Assembly (NCBI GenBank): GCA_963734545.1 | Contig: CAVTHO010000003.1 | Location: 128,001-192,000 of the forward strand | DNA: 64,000 nt | From: an uncultured Spirochaetota bacterium | Lineage (GTDB): Bacteria > Spirochaetota > Spirochaetia > SZUA-6 > Fen-1364 | Direction: 5' to 3' | Shown: one piece after another, positions 10,138 to 19,787 of the stretch | Position numbering within the stretch: position 1 is the first letter of the stretch | Layout: each line of letters starts with the position of its first letter | Translations under genes and position numbers: made by a program | The notes under the pieces: generated by a model | Told to the model about the DNA's origin: nothing | What the model saw: only the letters and a program-made list of their open reading frames with translations | Databases searched by the model: none

Positions 10138-11139
10138 ATGAAAGACTTGAAGGGTCGAGATCTGAAGGGAATCGCCGATTTCACCGCCGAGGAGATCGAG
10201 TTCACGCTCGAAGTCTCCCGGCTCCTGAAGCTCGAGCAGAAGATGGGAAAGCCCCACCGGCTGCTGGAGGGAAAGACGCTGGCAGCCATCTTCGAGACGC
10301 AGTCCACCCGGACGAGCATTTCCTTCGAGACGGCCATGACCCAGCTCGGCGGCCACATGATCTACCTGGACGAGAACCGGATGTGGGTCGGCACCGCGGC
10401 AGAGGAAGACTGGCACGACACGGTGAAGACCATCGACCGCTACGCGGACGCAATCGCCTACCGGGCGATCCGGCGTGATATGCTGGAAAACGCCGCGGAG
10501 TACGCCCGCATCCCTCTCATCAATGCGTCCTGCCCCGTGGAGCATCCCTGCCAGGCATTCGCGGACGTCATGACCATGATCGAGAAGAAGGGCCCGGTGA
10601 AAAAGGCCAAGGTTGCGCTCCTCTGGGGCTACCGGACCGCGAACCCTCCGGCAGGCCTGACCAACTCGCTCATGCTGATGGCGGGAAAGCTCGGGTTCCA
10701 GCTCGACGTGGCGTGCCCGGTGGGATTCGATCCCGACATGGGCGTCAAGTCGGAGGCGGACCGGGAGGCCGCAGCGAGCGGAGGGAGCGTGAAGATCGTC
10801 CGTTCCTACGAGGAGGCGGTGAAAGACGCCGACTTCGTCAGCATCTACTCGTGGGTGTCACCCGAAGTTTTCGCCAAGGGACTGGAGACGCACTTCAAGG
10901 GAGACCCTGAGTTCCAGGAGAAGAAGAAAAAGCTGAAGGACGCCTGGTGCGTGAACAAGAAGACCATGAGCATGGCCCCCCGGGACAGCAGGGTGATGCA
11001 CTGCATCCCGGTGTCGAGGAACAACGAGGTGACGGACGAGGTACTGAACTCTCCGCAGAGCATCATCTTCGACGAGGCGGAGAACAGGCTGCACACCGAA
11101 AAGGCGATCCTGGCGCTCCTCATGGGCGGCTACAGGTAA
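10138..11139 (+). CDS. Carbamoyltransferase, ATCase/OTCase family, atypical (knotted YgeW/AOTCase-like)
   Basis: FETQSTRT, HPCQ, MHCIP, EAENRLH; lacks the OTCase DxxxSMG motif. Confidence 0.85.
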   Translation: MKDLKGRDLKGIADFTAEEIEFTLEVSRLLKLEQKMGKPHRLLEGKTLAAIFETQSTRTSISFETAMTQLGGHMIYLDENRMWVGTAAEEDWHDTVKTIDRYADAIAYRAIRRDMLENAAEYARIPLINASCPVEHPCQAFADVMTMIEKKGPVKKAKVALLWGYRTANPPAGLTNSLMLMAGKLGFQLDVACPVGFDPDMGVKSEADREAAASGGSVKIVRSYEEAVKDADFVSIYSWVSPEVFAKGLETHFKGDPEFQEKKKKLKDAWCVNKKTMSMAPRDSRVMHCIPVSRNNEVTDEVLNSPQSIIFDEAENRLHTEKAILALLMGGYR

Positions 11140-11151
11140 GGCAGGGGCTTC

Positions 11152-12462
11152 GTGATGAGAATCGTCCACTATATCAACCAGTTCTTCGCGGGAATCGGGG
11201 GGGAAGAAAAGGGCGGCTCCCCCCTCGAGCACTGCGATGGCCCCAAGGGCCCCGGCGTGGGCCTGCTTCCCCTCATGGGCGGCGAGGCCGAGATCGTGCG
11301 CACGATCTGGTGCGGTGACAACCTGATCAACCAGGAGCAGGAGCGGATCCTCGGTGAGATCGAGAAGCTGATCCGGGAAGTGAAACCCGACGTCGTGGTG
11401 GCCGGCCCGGCCTTCAACGCGGGCCGGTACGGGCTGGCGTGCGGCATGGTGGCGAAGCTGTGCACGGAAAAGCTCGGGATCCCCGCGCTCATCGGGCTGT
11501 TTCCCGAGAATCCCGCTGTCGAGATCTACCGCAAGGACGCCTATATCTATCCCTGCGCGGAGACCGCGGTGGGCATGCGCAAGGACCTGCCTGGCCTGGC
11601 GAAGCTCCTCGTGCGGCTGGCAAAGAACGGGAAGCTCGGGCCCGCGGCAGTGGAAGGTTACCTTCCCCGGGGGTACCGTTACAACGAGATCGTGGCAGCG
11701 AACGCCGCGGTGCGGTCCATCGAAATGCTGAAGAAGCGCCTCAAAGGGGAGAACCCCCTGACCGAGGTGCCCCTGCGGACCTTCGAGAAGGTTCCCCCGG
11801 CCGCGCCGGTGCGCAATCTCCGGGAGGCAACTGTCGCGATCGTTACCGGCGGCGGCATGGTGCCGAAAGGAAACCCGGACAAGCTGAAGCAGGCATTCGC
11901 CGATTCCTTCGGCACGTACTCGATCGCGGGAATGAACGAGCTGCCCGCGGGGGACTTCAAGGGCATTCACGGCGGCTACGACTCGACCTGGGTGGACGAG
12001 GACCCCGACAGGGTCGTTCCCGTCGACGTGCTGCGCGGCCTCGAGAAGGAAGGCAGGTTCAAGCGCCTCCTGAATGAGTACGTGGTGCTGTGCGGCATCG
12101 GCACCAATGTGGCCATGAGCAGGAAGCTCGGCGCCGACATCGCCGAGCAGCTCAAGAGAAGGGAGGTATCGGCCGCCATCTACACCTCCACATGAGGAAC
12201 CTGCACTCGTTGCGTGTCAACGATGCAGAAAGAGGCTGAAAGGGCCGGTATCCCCACAGCCTTGATCACCGCGATACCGTCCGTGGCGAAGTCGGTCGGG
12301 GTGAGCAGGATCATCACCGGAGGCGGCATCCCTTATCCGGTGGGCAACCCCTCCCTGCCCCGGGAGCGCGAGATCGAGTTCAGGAAGCGCCTCGTGGAAA
12401 AGGCGCTCGAGGCTGTCAGCACGGAGGTCAAAGGGCCCACCGTGTTCGATGTGAGCCTGTAG
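11152..12462 (+). CDS. Glycine/sarcosine/betaine reductase-type selenoprotein B (GrdB family), Sec at UGA 12193-12195
   Basis: HYINQFFAGIGGEE, AGPAFNAGRYG, HGGYD; reading through TGA gives TST-U-GTCTRC and joins ORF 12214-12462 in frame. Confidence 0.95.
12201..12228 (+). promoter_or_regulatory. Bacterial SECIS hairpin of the GrdB-family gene
   Basis: CTGCA-C-TCGTTG-[CGTGT]-CAACGA-TGCAG stem-loop starting 6 nt after the UGA. Confidence 0.75.
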
Positions 12463-12474
12463 GCGGAGGGACAG

Positions 12475-13792
12475 ATGAGGCTGGAACGTGGTTACTTCCG
12501 CATCCGCAATCTCCTCTTCGGCGCGGAGACGTCCCTGGCGGACGGCGTGCTCACCGTGAACCGGGACGAGCTCACGCAGCGCGCTGCTGACGGAGGACCA
12601 GAACACCCAGGTCGCGTCCCTCACACTCGAGATCGTGAAGCCGGGTGAGGACGCGCGGATCGTGCACGTGCTGGACACGCTCCAGCCGGGGGTGAAGGTC
12701 GAGCGGGGAGGGCGAGTTCATGCCCGGCCAGCTCTGCGACCCGACGATCGTCGGGAGCGGCGACAACGCACCTGTTCGACAATCTCGCCGTGATGGAGTG
12801 CGCCGAGCTTCCGTGGGCGGGCAAGTCCGCGCTGCTGTACGCGCGGGATGCCATCGTCGACATGGTCGGCCCGGCCGCGGCCTACTCGCCGTTCTCCGAG
12901 ACCTTCAACCTCGTGCTGCGCATGACGATGAAGGACGGGGCAAGCGATGTGGAATACGACGAGATCGGTGCGGCACGCGGGGATCCGCGCGGCGCGATAT
13001 CTCGGCGCGGCTGCTCAAGGACCGCGCGCCCGAGGAGACCGAGACATTCGATTTCACGCGCCGGTGGACCCGAAGCTGCCCCGGGTGGCCTACGTGACCC
13101 AGTGCCAGAACCAGGGCACGTATTCGAACACGTTTCTCTACGGCAAGGAAGTGAGCAACCTCGTGCCCGTCAGCCTATTCGCCCACAGAGGTCATGGACG
13201 GCTGCATCGTGAGCGGCAACTACGTGTGGCCCTGCTTCAAGATTCCGTCCTTTCTCCAGGCGAACCTGCCCGTGGTCATGGAGCTCTCCCGAAGGCACGG
13301 CAAGAACGCTCAATTTCGTCGGCGTGGTCTTCGACAGAGGCCACAACAACTCCCACTTCGAGAAGCAGCGCGTTGCCAACCTGGCCGCCTCGCAGGTGCG
13401 GAGGCTCGGCGCGCAGGGCGTGGTCATTTCCTGGGAAGGCGGCGGCAACGCGGCAACGGACGCGATGCTCACGCTCCAGACCTGTGAGAAGTGGGGCATC
13501 AAGGCAGTGGCGTTCACCTTCGAGTTCGGCGGACCCGACGGCACAGAGGGCGTTCTTCTCGTGGACGACGTGCCCGGAGGCGAAGTACCTCGTGTCCGGC
13601 GGCTCCATCGAGAAGCCCACGCTGATCCCGAAGGTGAAGCGCGTGGCCGGCGGGGACGTGCTTCGGCTGCGCAAGGAAACGGGCGGAGAGCCCGAGCCGG
13701 CCGACGTCGAGCGGACACTGGACAACATCACCCCCTTCTATTGCGGGGGAAACCAGAGCGGAATCGGAAGGCTCGCGGGGGTGGGCTACTGA
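12475..13792 (+). CDS. Reductase component B partner subunit (GrdE/GrdG/GrdI/PrdA family), several frameshifts
   Basis: Fragments MRLERGYFRIRNLLFG, DAIVDMVGPAAAYSPFS, LPRVAYV, MDGCIVSGN, VISWEGGGNAATDAM, LVSGG lie in successive frames. Confidence 0.85.
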
Positions 13793-14959
13793 TGGACACC
13801 TGGGACATCGTGATCATCGGCGCGGGCACGGCGGGGCTCTCCTCCGGAATCTACGGGGCGCGCGCGAAACGCACGACCCTGATCCTGGACAGGAAGCGGC
13901 CCGGCGGCCAGACGGCACGACCGAAAAGATGGAGAACTATCCCGGCTTTCCCGAGGTCATCGGCGGGAGAGAGCTCACCGAGCGCTTCCGCAGGCACGCG
14001 GAGGCCATGGGCGCCCGCATCGAGCGCGGGGAGGCGGTCTCTTTCAGCGAGGACGACGGGGCGTACGTGGTCGGCACCCGAAGGAAGGCGAATCCTGTCG
14101 GGCGCGCAGCCTGATCCTGGCCCCCGGATGCGAGCCGCGCGCGCTGGGCATCCCGGGGGAGAAGGAGTTCGCGGGAAGGGGAGTGTCATCCTGCGCCACC
14201 TGCGACGCGGAGCTGTACGAGGGGGTGCGCGTCGTGGTCGTGGGAAGCGGTGATACGGCAGTCGAAGAGGCGGGCTTCATCAGCAGGTTCGCGGACGAGG
14301 TGGTGATGCTGGTGGTCCATGACGAAGGCACGCTGGACTGCAACCGGACCCAGGCCGAGACCGCGTTCGCGAACCCGAAGATCACGTGGATGTGGAACCG
14401 CTCGATTCTCGCGATCGAGGGAGAGGAGGCGGTGACGGGGGTGCAGGGTGAAGAACCTGCGCACCGAAGCGGAGGAGGCCGTGTCCTGCAGCGGGGTCTT
14501 CATTTTCGTGGGCACCGTGCCGCAGACGGCTTTCCTCGGTGACTTTGTCAGCCTTCGAAACGGCTTCATCGCCACCGACGAGAAGATGGAGACGAACCGG
14601 CCGCGCGTGTTCGCGGCCGGGGATGCCCGGGTCAAGGTGCTGCGCCAGGTGGTCACGGCAGCCTCCGACGGCGCGATCGCCGCGTTCCACGCGGACAAGG
14701 CGCTCACGGAGATCGACGAGTACGGGCGTTCGGTGCAGCGGGCGGGAAAAGAGTACCTCCTGTACTTCTACTCCCCGCCGGTGCAGAGGAGCCTCGACCT
14801 GTTTCCGCGCATGGAGGAAGAAGGCCGAGGCGCTCGGGCCTTCCCCTGATCAAGCTGGACACCTTCCGCTACCGGAGCGTGGCCGCGCGGTGCGGCGTGA
14901 CGGAGGTGCCGTGCCTGGTGCGGATGGAGAATGGTGACATGAAGGAATGCTGCGCTTGA
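13792..14959 (+). CDS. trxB: Thioredoxin reductase with C-terminal extension (frameshifted)
   Basis: DIVIIGAGTAG, ENYPGF, CATCD, VVGSGDTAVEEA, FAAGD..RQVVTAASDGAIAA. Confidence 0.88.
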
Positions 14960-14997
14960 AGCGCGCTCGACCTGAAATGGAAAGGAGGTGAATCAGC

Positions 14998-15459
14998 ATG
15001 CTGGAAGGAAAGAAGATCATTATTCTCGGGGACCGGGACGGGATACCGGGCGGCGCCATCGAGGCGTGCCTCGCGGGGAAAAACGTGGAGATCGTGTTCT
15101 CCACGACCGCGTGCTTTGTCTGAACGAGCGCCGGAGCAATGGACCTGGAGAACCAGAAACGGGTGAAAGCCCTGGCGGAGCAGATCGGCAAGGAGAACAT
15201 CGTCGTCCTCCTTGGCGGCGCCGACGCCGAGGCGAGCGGGCTGATCGCTGAAACGGTGATCGCCGGCGATCCCGCGTATGCAGGTGCATTGACAGGAGTC
15301 CAGTTGGGACTCCCCGCGTATCACATTCTCGAGCCCGAGATCAGGCAGGAGATCGATCCTGCCGTGTACGAAGCGAACATCGCAATGATGGAGATGGTGC
15401 TGTCCGTGGCCGACATCGTGAAAGAGGTGTCGTCCATCAGGAACAAGCTCCTCTCCTGA
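14998..15459 (+). CDS. grdA: Glycine reductase selenoprotein A, Sec at UGA 15121-15123
   Basis: MLEGKKIIILGDRDGIPG...TACFV-U-TSAGAMDLENQKR; CxxU motif in frame with ORF 15139-15459. Confidence 0.95.
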
Positions 15460-15471
15460 CGGAGACGTGAA

Positions 15472-15792
15472 ATGACCGAGCTGGACAAGGACAACTTCGA
15501 CCAGACCGTGCTCGCGCACAAGGGCGTGTACCTGGTCGATTTCTGGAGCGAGACGTGCGAGACATGCCTGGACATGATGCCGCAGATCGAGACACTGGCG
15601 CGCGACCTCGAGGGTCGGGTCGGCTTCGGCAAGGTGAACATCCAGGGAAACAGGCGGCTGGCCATCCGTGAGAAGGTGCTCGGCCTTCCCAATATATCGA
15701 TCTACAAGGACGGGCAGAAGATCACCTCCTTCTCCCAGACATTCACGGCAGACCAGGTGAAGACGGCGGTGGAGGCGCTGATCGGTGGCTGA
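15472..15792 (+). CDS. trxA: Thioredoxin (glycine-reductase-associated type)
   Basis: LVDFWSETCETC CxxC; NRRLAIREKVLGLP resembles grd-cluster thioredoxins. Confidence 0.88.
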   Translation: MTELDKDNFDQTVLAHKGVYLVDFWSETCETCLDMMPQIETLARDLEGRVGFGKVNIQGNRRLAIREKVLGLPNISIYKDGQKITSFSQTFTADQVKTAVEALIGG

Positions 15793-17334
15793 GCCCTTTG
15801 CCGTGGTCACGGCATGCTCCTACAATCTCTTTCCACTGCCCGTTCTTCACCGTGACGCACGGCACGACGCCCGGCGGCAGAGCGCGAGGCCGGTCCGGAT
15901 TCCGATTTTCTCAAGGCGCTTCCGAACCGCCTGCGCAGCTTCGCGGAGGCGAGCAGCTACGCGCCGAACCAGGTGTTCATAGGCAACCTGGATCCCCGGG
16001 ACCTGCCGGCCCGGCCCTGGCATTCGGCGCATACGGCGGGGTCCCGGGCCGAGGGAAGATTCGGCCGGATTCTCCAGGAGAAAAAGCTCTACGCTCTCGT
16101 GAAATTCGCGGACACCTTCGACCTCGTGCACCTCGCGGCCGATTTTCTCGACGAGGCGGCGGAGCTGCTCCGGGCCGACGATGCCCTGGGAGGCGCCGAC
16201 CTGTCTCGATTCAAGAACCCTGTCGACCCGGCCGCGCTCCGTGACGAGCTGGCCGCGGGCGCCCTTCCCCTCGTCAGTGACGGGAAAACACTCGGGTGCA
16301 TCAAGGCGGCGCATCCGCGCGACGTGAACCTCGCCGCGCACACGATGCTGGAGAACCTGAGCTCCAAGGCCACGGCGGTCTACGCGCTGCGCCGGCTCCT
16401 GGCAGACAATCGAATCGATCCGCGGAGCATCGACTACATCATCGAGACTTCCGAGGAGGCCTGCGGGGACATGAACCAGCGGGGCGGCGGCAACTTTGCC
16501 AAGTCCATCGGCGAGCTTGCCGCGCTCTCCAACGCGACGGGGTGCGACGTGCGCTCCTTCTGCGCGGGCCCCGTGCACGGCCTGCTGCAGGCCGCCTCGC
16601 TCATACGGGCCGGCTCCGTCGCAGCGGGTGGTGGTCGTGGCAGGCGGCACCACCGCCAAGCTCGCCATGAACGCGAAGAAACATCTGGAGAAGGGATTTC
16701 CCGTGCTGGAGGACTGCATGGGCTCCTTTGCCGTCTGCTGGAAGGGGGCGCCCCGTCCGGACTGCGCGTGCGCAATGACCTGACCGGGATGCTCCAGCAT
16801 CGGGTCCGGCTCCTCCCCCCAGGCGGTGATGCAGGACCTCGTGGCCGAGCCCCTGTCCCGGGCCGGTCTCCGCTTCTCGGACATCGACTGTCTACGCGCC
16901 CGAGCTCCAGAACCCCGAGATCACGGAGGCAGGCGGGCGCGGGCAACGTGACCCTCGCGAACATGAAGATGATCGCGGCCATGGCGGTCATGAAGAAAGA
17001 GATCGAGAAGCCGGACATGGACGCCTTCATTGCGGCGCACGGCACGTCCGGCTGGGCTCCGACCCAGGGGCATATCCCCTCGGGCATTCCCGCCCTCGGA
17101 TGGTTTCTCGTGTGGGCCCGGGCGGGCTCGCTGCGCCGCGGCATGCTCATCGGCAAAGGCAGCCTCTTCCTCGGACGCATGACCGGTCTTTTCGACGGGG
17201 TGTCGATTCTCCTGGAGGCAGGCCCTCAGGCCCGCGAGGAATCGGCGGCCGGGCAGAGCATGCGCGCGCAGCCGGCACGGCAGGCCGGAGCGCAGCCGGC
17301 GCCTGCAGGGGGCGGCCCCTGCGGATCGGCCTGA
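15785..17334 (+). CDS. grdC: Glycine reductase component C beta subunit (frameshifted; probably fused to GrdD)
   Basis: APNQVFIGN, SEEACGDMNQRGGGNFAK, RSFCAGP, WAPTQGHIPSG, GKGSLFLGRMTGLFDGVS. Confidence 0.9.
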
Positions 17335-18394
17335 CGATTCCCGGCTCGGAGAGCGGATACGCGGAGCTCAAACGCGGTGCCGAAGAGGCGCGCGCTCTCG
17401 AGCCCGACATCGAGCCTGTCCTCTTCGGGGAAGAAGGCGGGGACCCGGCTGCGGCGCACCGCGACATGGAGAAGGCGCTTGCAGAGGGCGCAATCCAGGC
17501 CGCGATCACTTTCCATTATCCGTTTCCCATCGGCGTGGCGACCGTCGGCCACATGAAGGCGCCGGGAAACGGAAATGACCTTTTCATCGCCACGACTACG
17601 GGCGCCTCCTCCTCCGACCGGGTGGAGGCGCTCGTGAAAAACGCCATTGCCGGCAACGCCGTCGCAAAGACGTTCGGAATCGCCCGGCCGAGCCTCGGGT
17701 TCCTCAACCTGGACGGGGCCGCGCGCGCCTTGAGCGTGATGCGGGACCTGGAGGCAGGCGGTTACCCGGTCAACCTGGTTCCGTCCATGCGGGGAGACGC
17801 CCTGCTCCGGGGGAACGACATCCTTGCCGGGACAGCGGATGTCCTGGTGTGCGATTCCCTCACAGGGAACGCGATCGTGAAGCTGCTCTCCGCGTTCTCG
17901 ACCGGCGGCAGGATCGAGACTGCCGGCAGCGGCTACGGACCCGGTGTCGGCGAAGGGGCGCCCCTGGTAGGGATCATCTCCCGGGCCACGGCCGGTCCAG
18001 TCGTTGCAGCCGCCATGGCGCTCATGGCCGGAATGGTCCGCGGAGGCCTCCGCACGGTGTACGGGGAGGAGGCGGCCCGGGCGGAAAAGGCGGGGCTTGC
18101 CGGGCTGCTTCGCACATTACGGCAGAAGTCCGCTGTTCGGGAACCCGCCTCCGCGCCGACGGCACCTGCTGCGGCGCGCCTGCTGCGGCCGCACCGGCCG
18201 GGCCCGCGAAGAAGGTCGTGCATCACGAGATCGAGGGCATCGATGTCCTCGAGATCCAGGACGCGGTGAGTCTCCTGCTCGCCGCGGGCATCTACTGCGA
18301 GCCGGCCATGGGCTGCACCGGTCCCGTCGTGCTCGTATCCGCGGAGGACGCGGACGCGGCAGCGGGGCGCCTGAGGGCAGCCCGATTCATATAG
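17313..18394 (+). CDS. grdD: Glycine reductase component C alpha subunit (PlsX-like; frameshift near 18190)
   Basis: IGLTIPGSESG, HYPFPIGVATVG, RGNDIL, GYGPG, and catalytic AMGCTGP at the C-terminus. Confidence 0.9.
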
Positions 18395-18480
18395 GAGCGT
18401 GTAGGGCAATGGCAGGCAACAAACAGTCGGGTAAGCGCGTGGATAGCCGCGCTTCGCGCGGCACGGGCTAGAGAGGGGTC

Positions 18481-19315
18481 ATGCAGTACCGCGCCGTACA
18501 AACCGTTGAAGAGGCCCTCACGCTGCTCGGCTCCGCGGAAAACGTGAGGCCCATCGCGGGCGGAACCGATCTCAGCGTGGTCATTGCCGACGGTCTTGTC
18601 GAGCCGGAGATGCTGCTTGACGTCAGCGCCATTCCCGCTCTGTGCGGGATCCGCCGGTCGGCGCAGGGGCTCGCAATCGGCGCGGCCGTCACCATCGCCG
18701 AGATCGCCTCGCGGAGTGACCTTCCCGCGTGCCTGGTGCAGGGCGCGCGCTCCATCGGCTCGCCCCAGATCCGGAACCTCGCCACCATCGGGGGCAATAT
18801 CTGCAACGCATCCCCCTGCGGGGACACGCTTGCGCCCCTCGTGGCGCTCGACGCCTCGTTCGTTCTCGCCTCGGCGGCAGGCCCGCGCACGGTCCCTGCC
18901 GAAGAGTTCTTCCTCGGCCCGAAGAAGACGGTGCTGCGGCGCGGCGAGCTTCTCGTGGAGATACGCATCGGCGCGCCATGCCTGGCAGGCAGGTCGGCGT
19001 TCCGGATGATCGGCAAGAGGAACGGACAGGCAATCTCGCAGGTCAATGCCGCCGTGTGGCTCGCCCTGCAGGAGGGACGCATCGGAGAAGCCAGGGCAGC
19101 GGTCGGCTCGGTGGCGCCGGTGCCGCTGCGGCTGCGGGAGACCGAGAAGCTCCTGAGGGGGAGTGATCCGACCGGGCATCGAAATCCGGAAAGTCCTGGA
19201 ATGCGTGGACCGCGAGATCGCGCCCATCAGCGACGTCCGCGCGAGCGTGGAATACCGCAGGCTCGTCACGGGAGCGCTCTTTCGGGAGGCGCTTCTCGAG
19301 GCGCTGGCAGGCTGA
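18481..19315 (+). CDS. Xanthine dehydrogenase family FAD-binding subunit (frameshift near 19180)
   Basis: AGGTDL, IGSPQIRNLATIGGNICNASP; shifted tail PISDVRASVEYR. Confidence 0.9.
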
Positions 19316-19325
19316 GGGAGGGGCA

Positions 19326-19787
19326 ATGCGCATCGAGTTCACCTGCAACGGACAGAATGTGGCCGTGGACGCGGAGCCCGACATGCGGGTGCTCGATCTG
19401 CTGCGGGACATCCTCGGTCTCACGGGGACCAAGGAGGGCTGCGGCAGGGGAGAATGCGGCGCGTGCACGATCCTGCTGGATGATGCGCCGGTAAATGCGT
19501 GCCTCCTGTACGCGGCAAAGCTGCAGGGCCGGTCCGTGGAGACGATCGAAGGGATTGCCCGGCAGGATGGAGAGCTGCACCCGATCCAGGAAGCGTTCCT
19601 CGATGAGGGCGCGGTACAGTGCGGATACTGCACCCCCGGAATGGTCCTCAGCACGAAAGCTCTATTAATGAAGAATCCGACACCGGATGTCGCGGACATC
19701 GAAGAGGCGCTGAGCGGCAACTTCTGCCGGTGCACGGGCTACGGGAAGATCGTGCGGGCGGTGCAGAGGGCGAGCGGCACGCCATGA
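19326..19787 (+). CDS. Xanthine dehydrogenase family [2Fe-2S] subunit
   Basis: GTKEGCGRGECGAC, QCGYCTPG, NFCRCTGY. Confidence 0.95.
   Translation: MRIEFTCNGQNVAVDAEPDMRVLDLLRDILGLTGTKEGCGRGECGACTILLDDAPVNACLLYAAKLQGRSVETIEGIARQDGELHPIQEAFLDEGAVQCGYCTPGMVLSTKALLMKNPTPDVADIEEALSGNFCRCTGYGKIVRAVQRASGTP

Noticed and set aside
5119-18394. Standard creatinine -> N-methylhydantoin -> sarcosine reductase pathway
   Set aside because: Not excluded, but it does not explain the opine dehydrogenase, DapA-like lyase, Mo enzyme, RfuA-like transporter, sugar trio or the missing pyruvoyl Cys that sarcosine reductase needs
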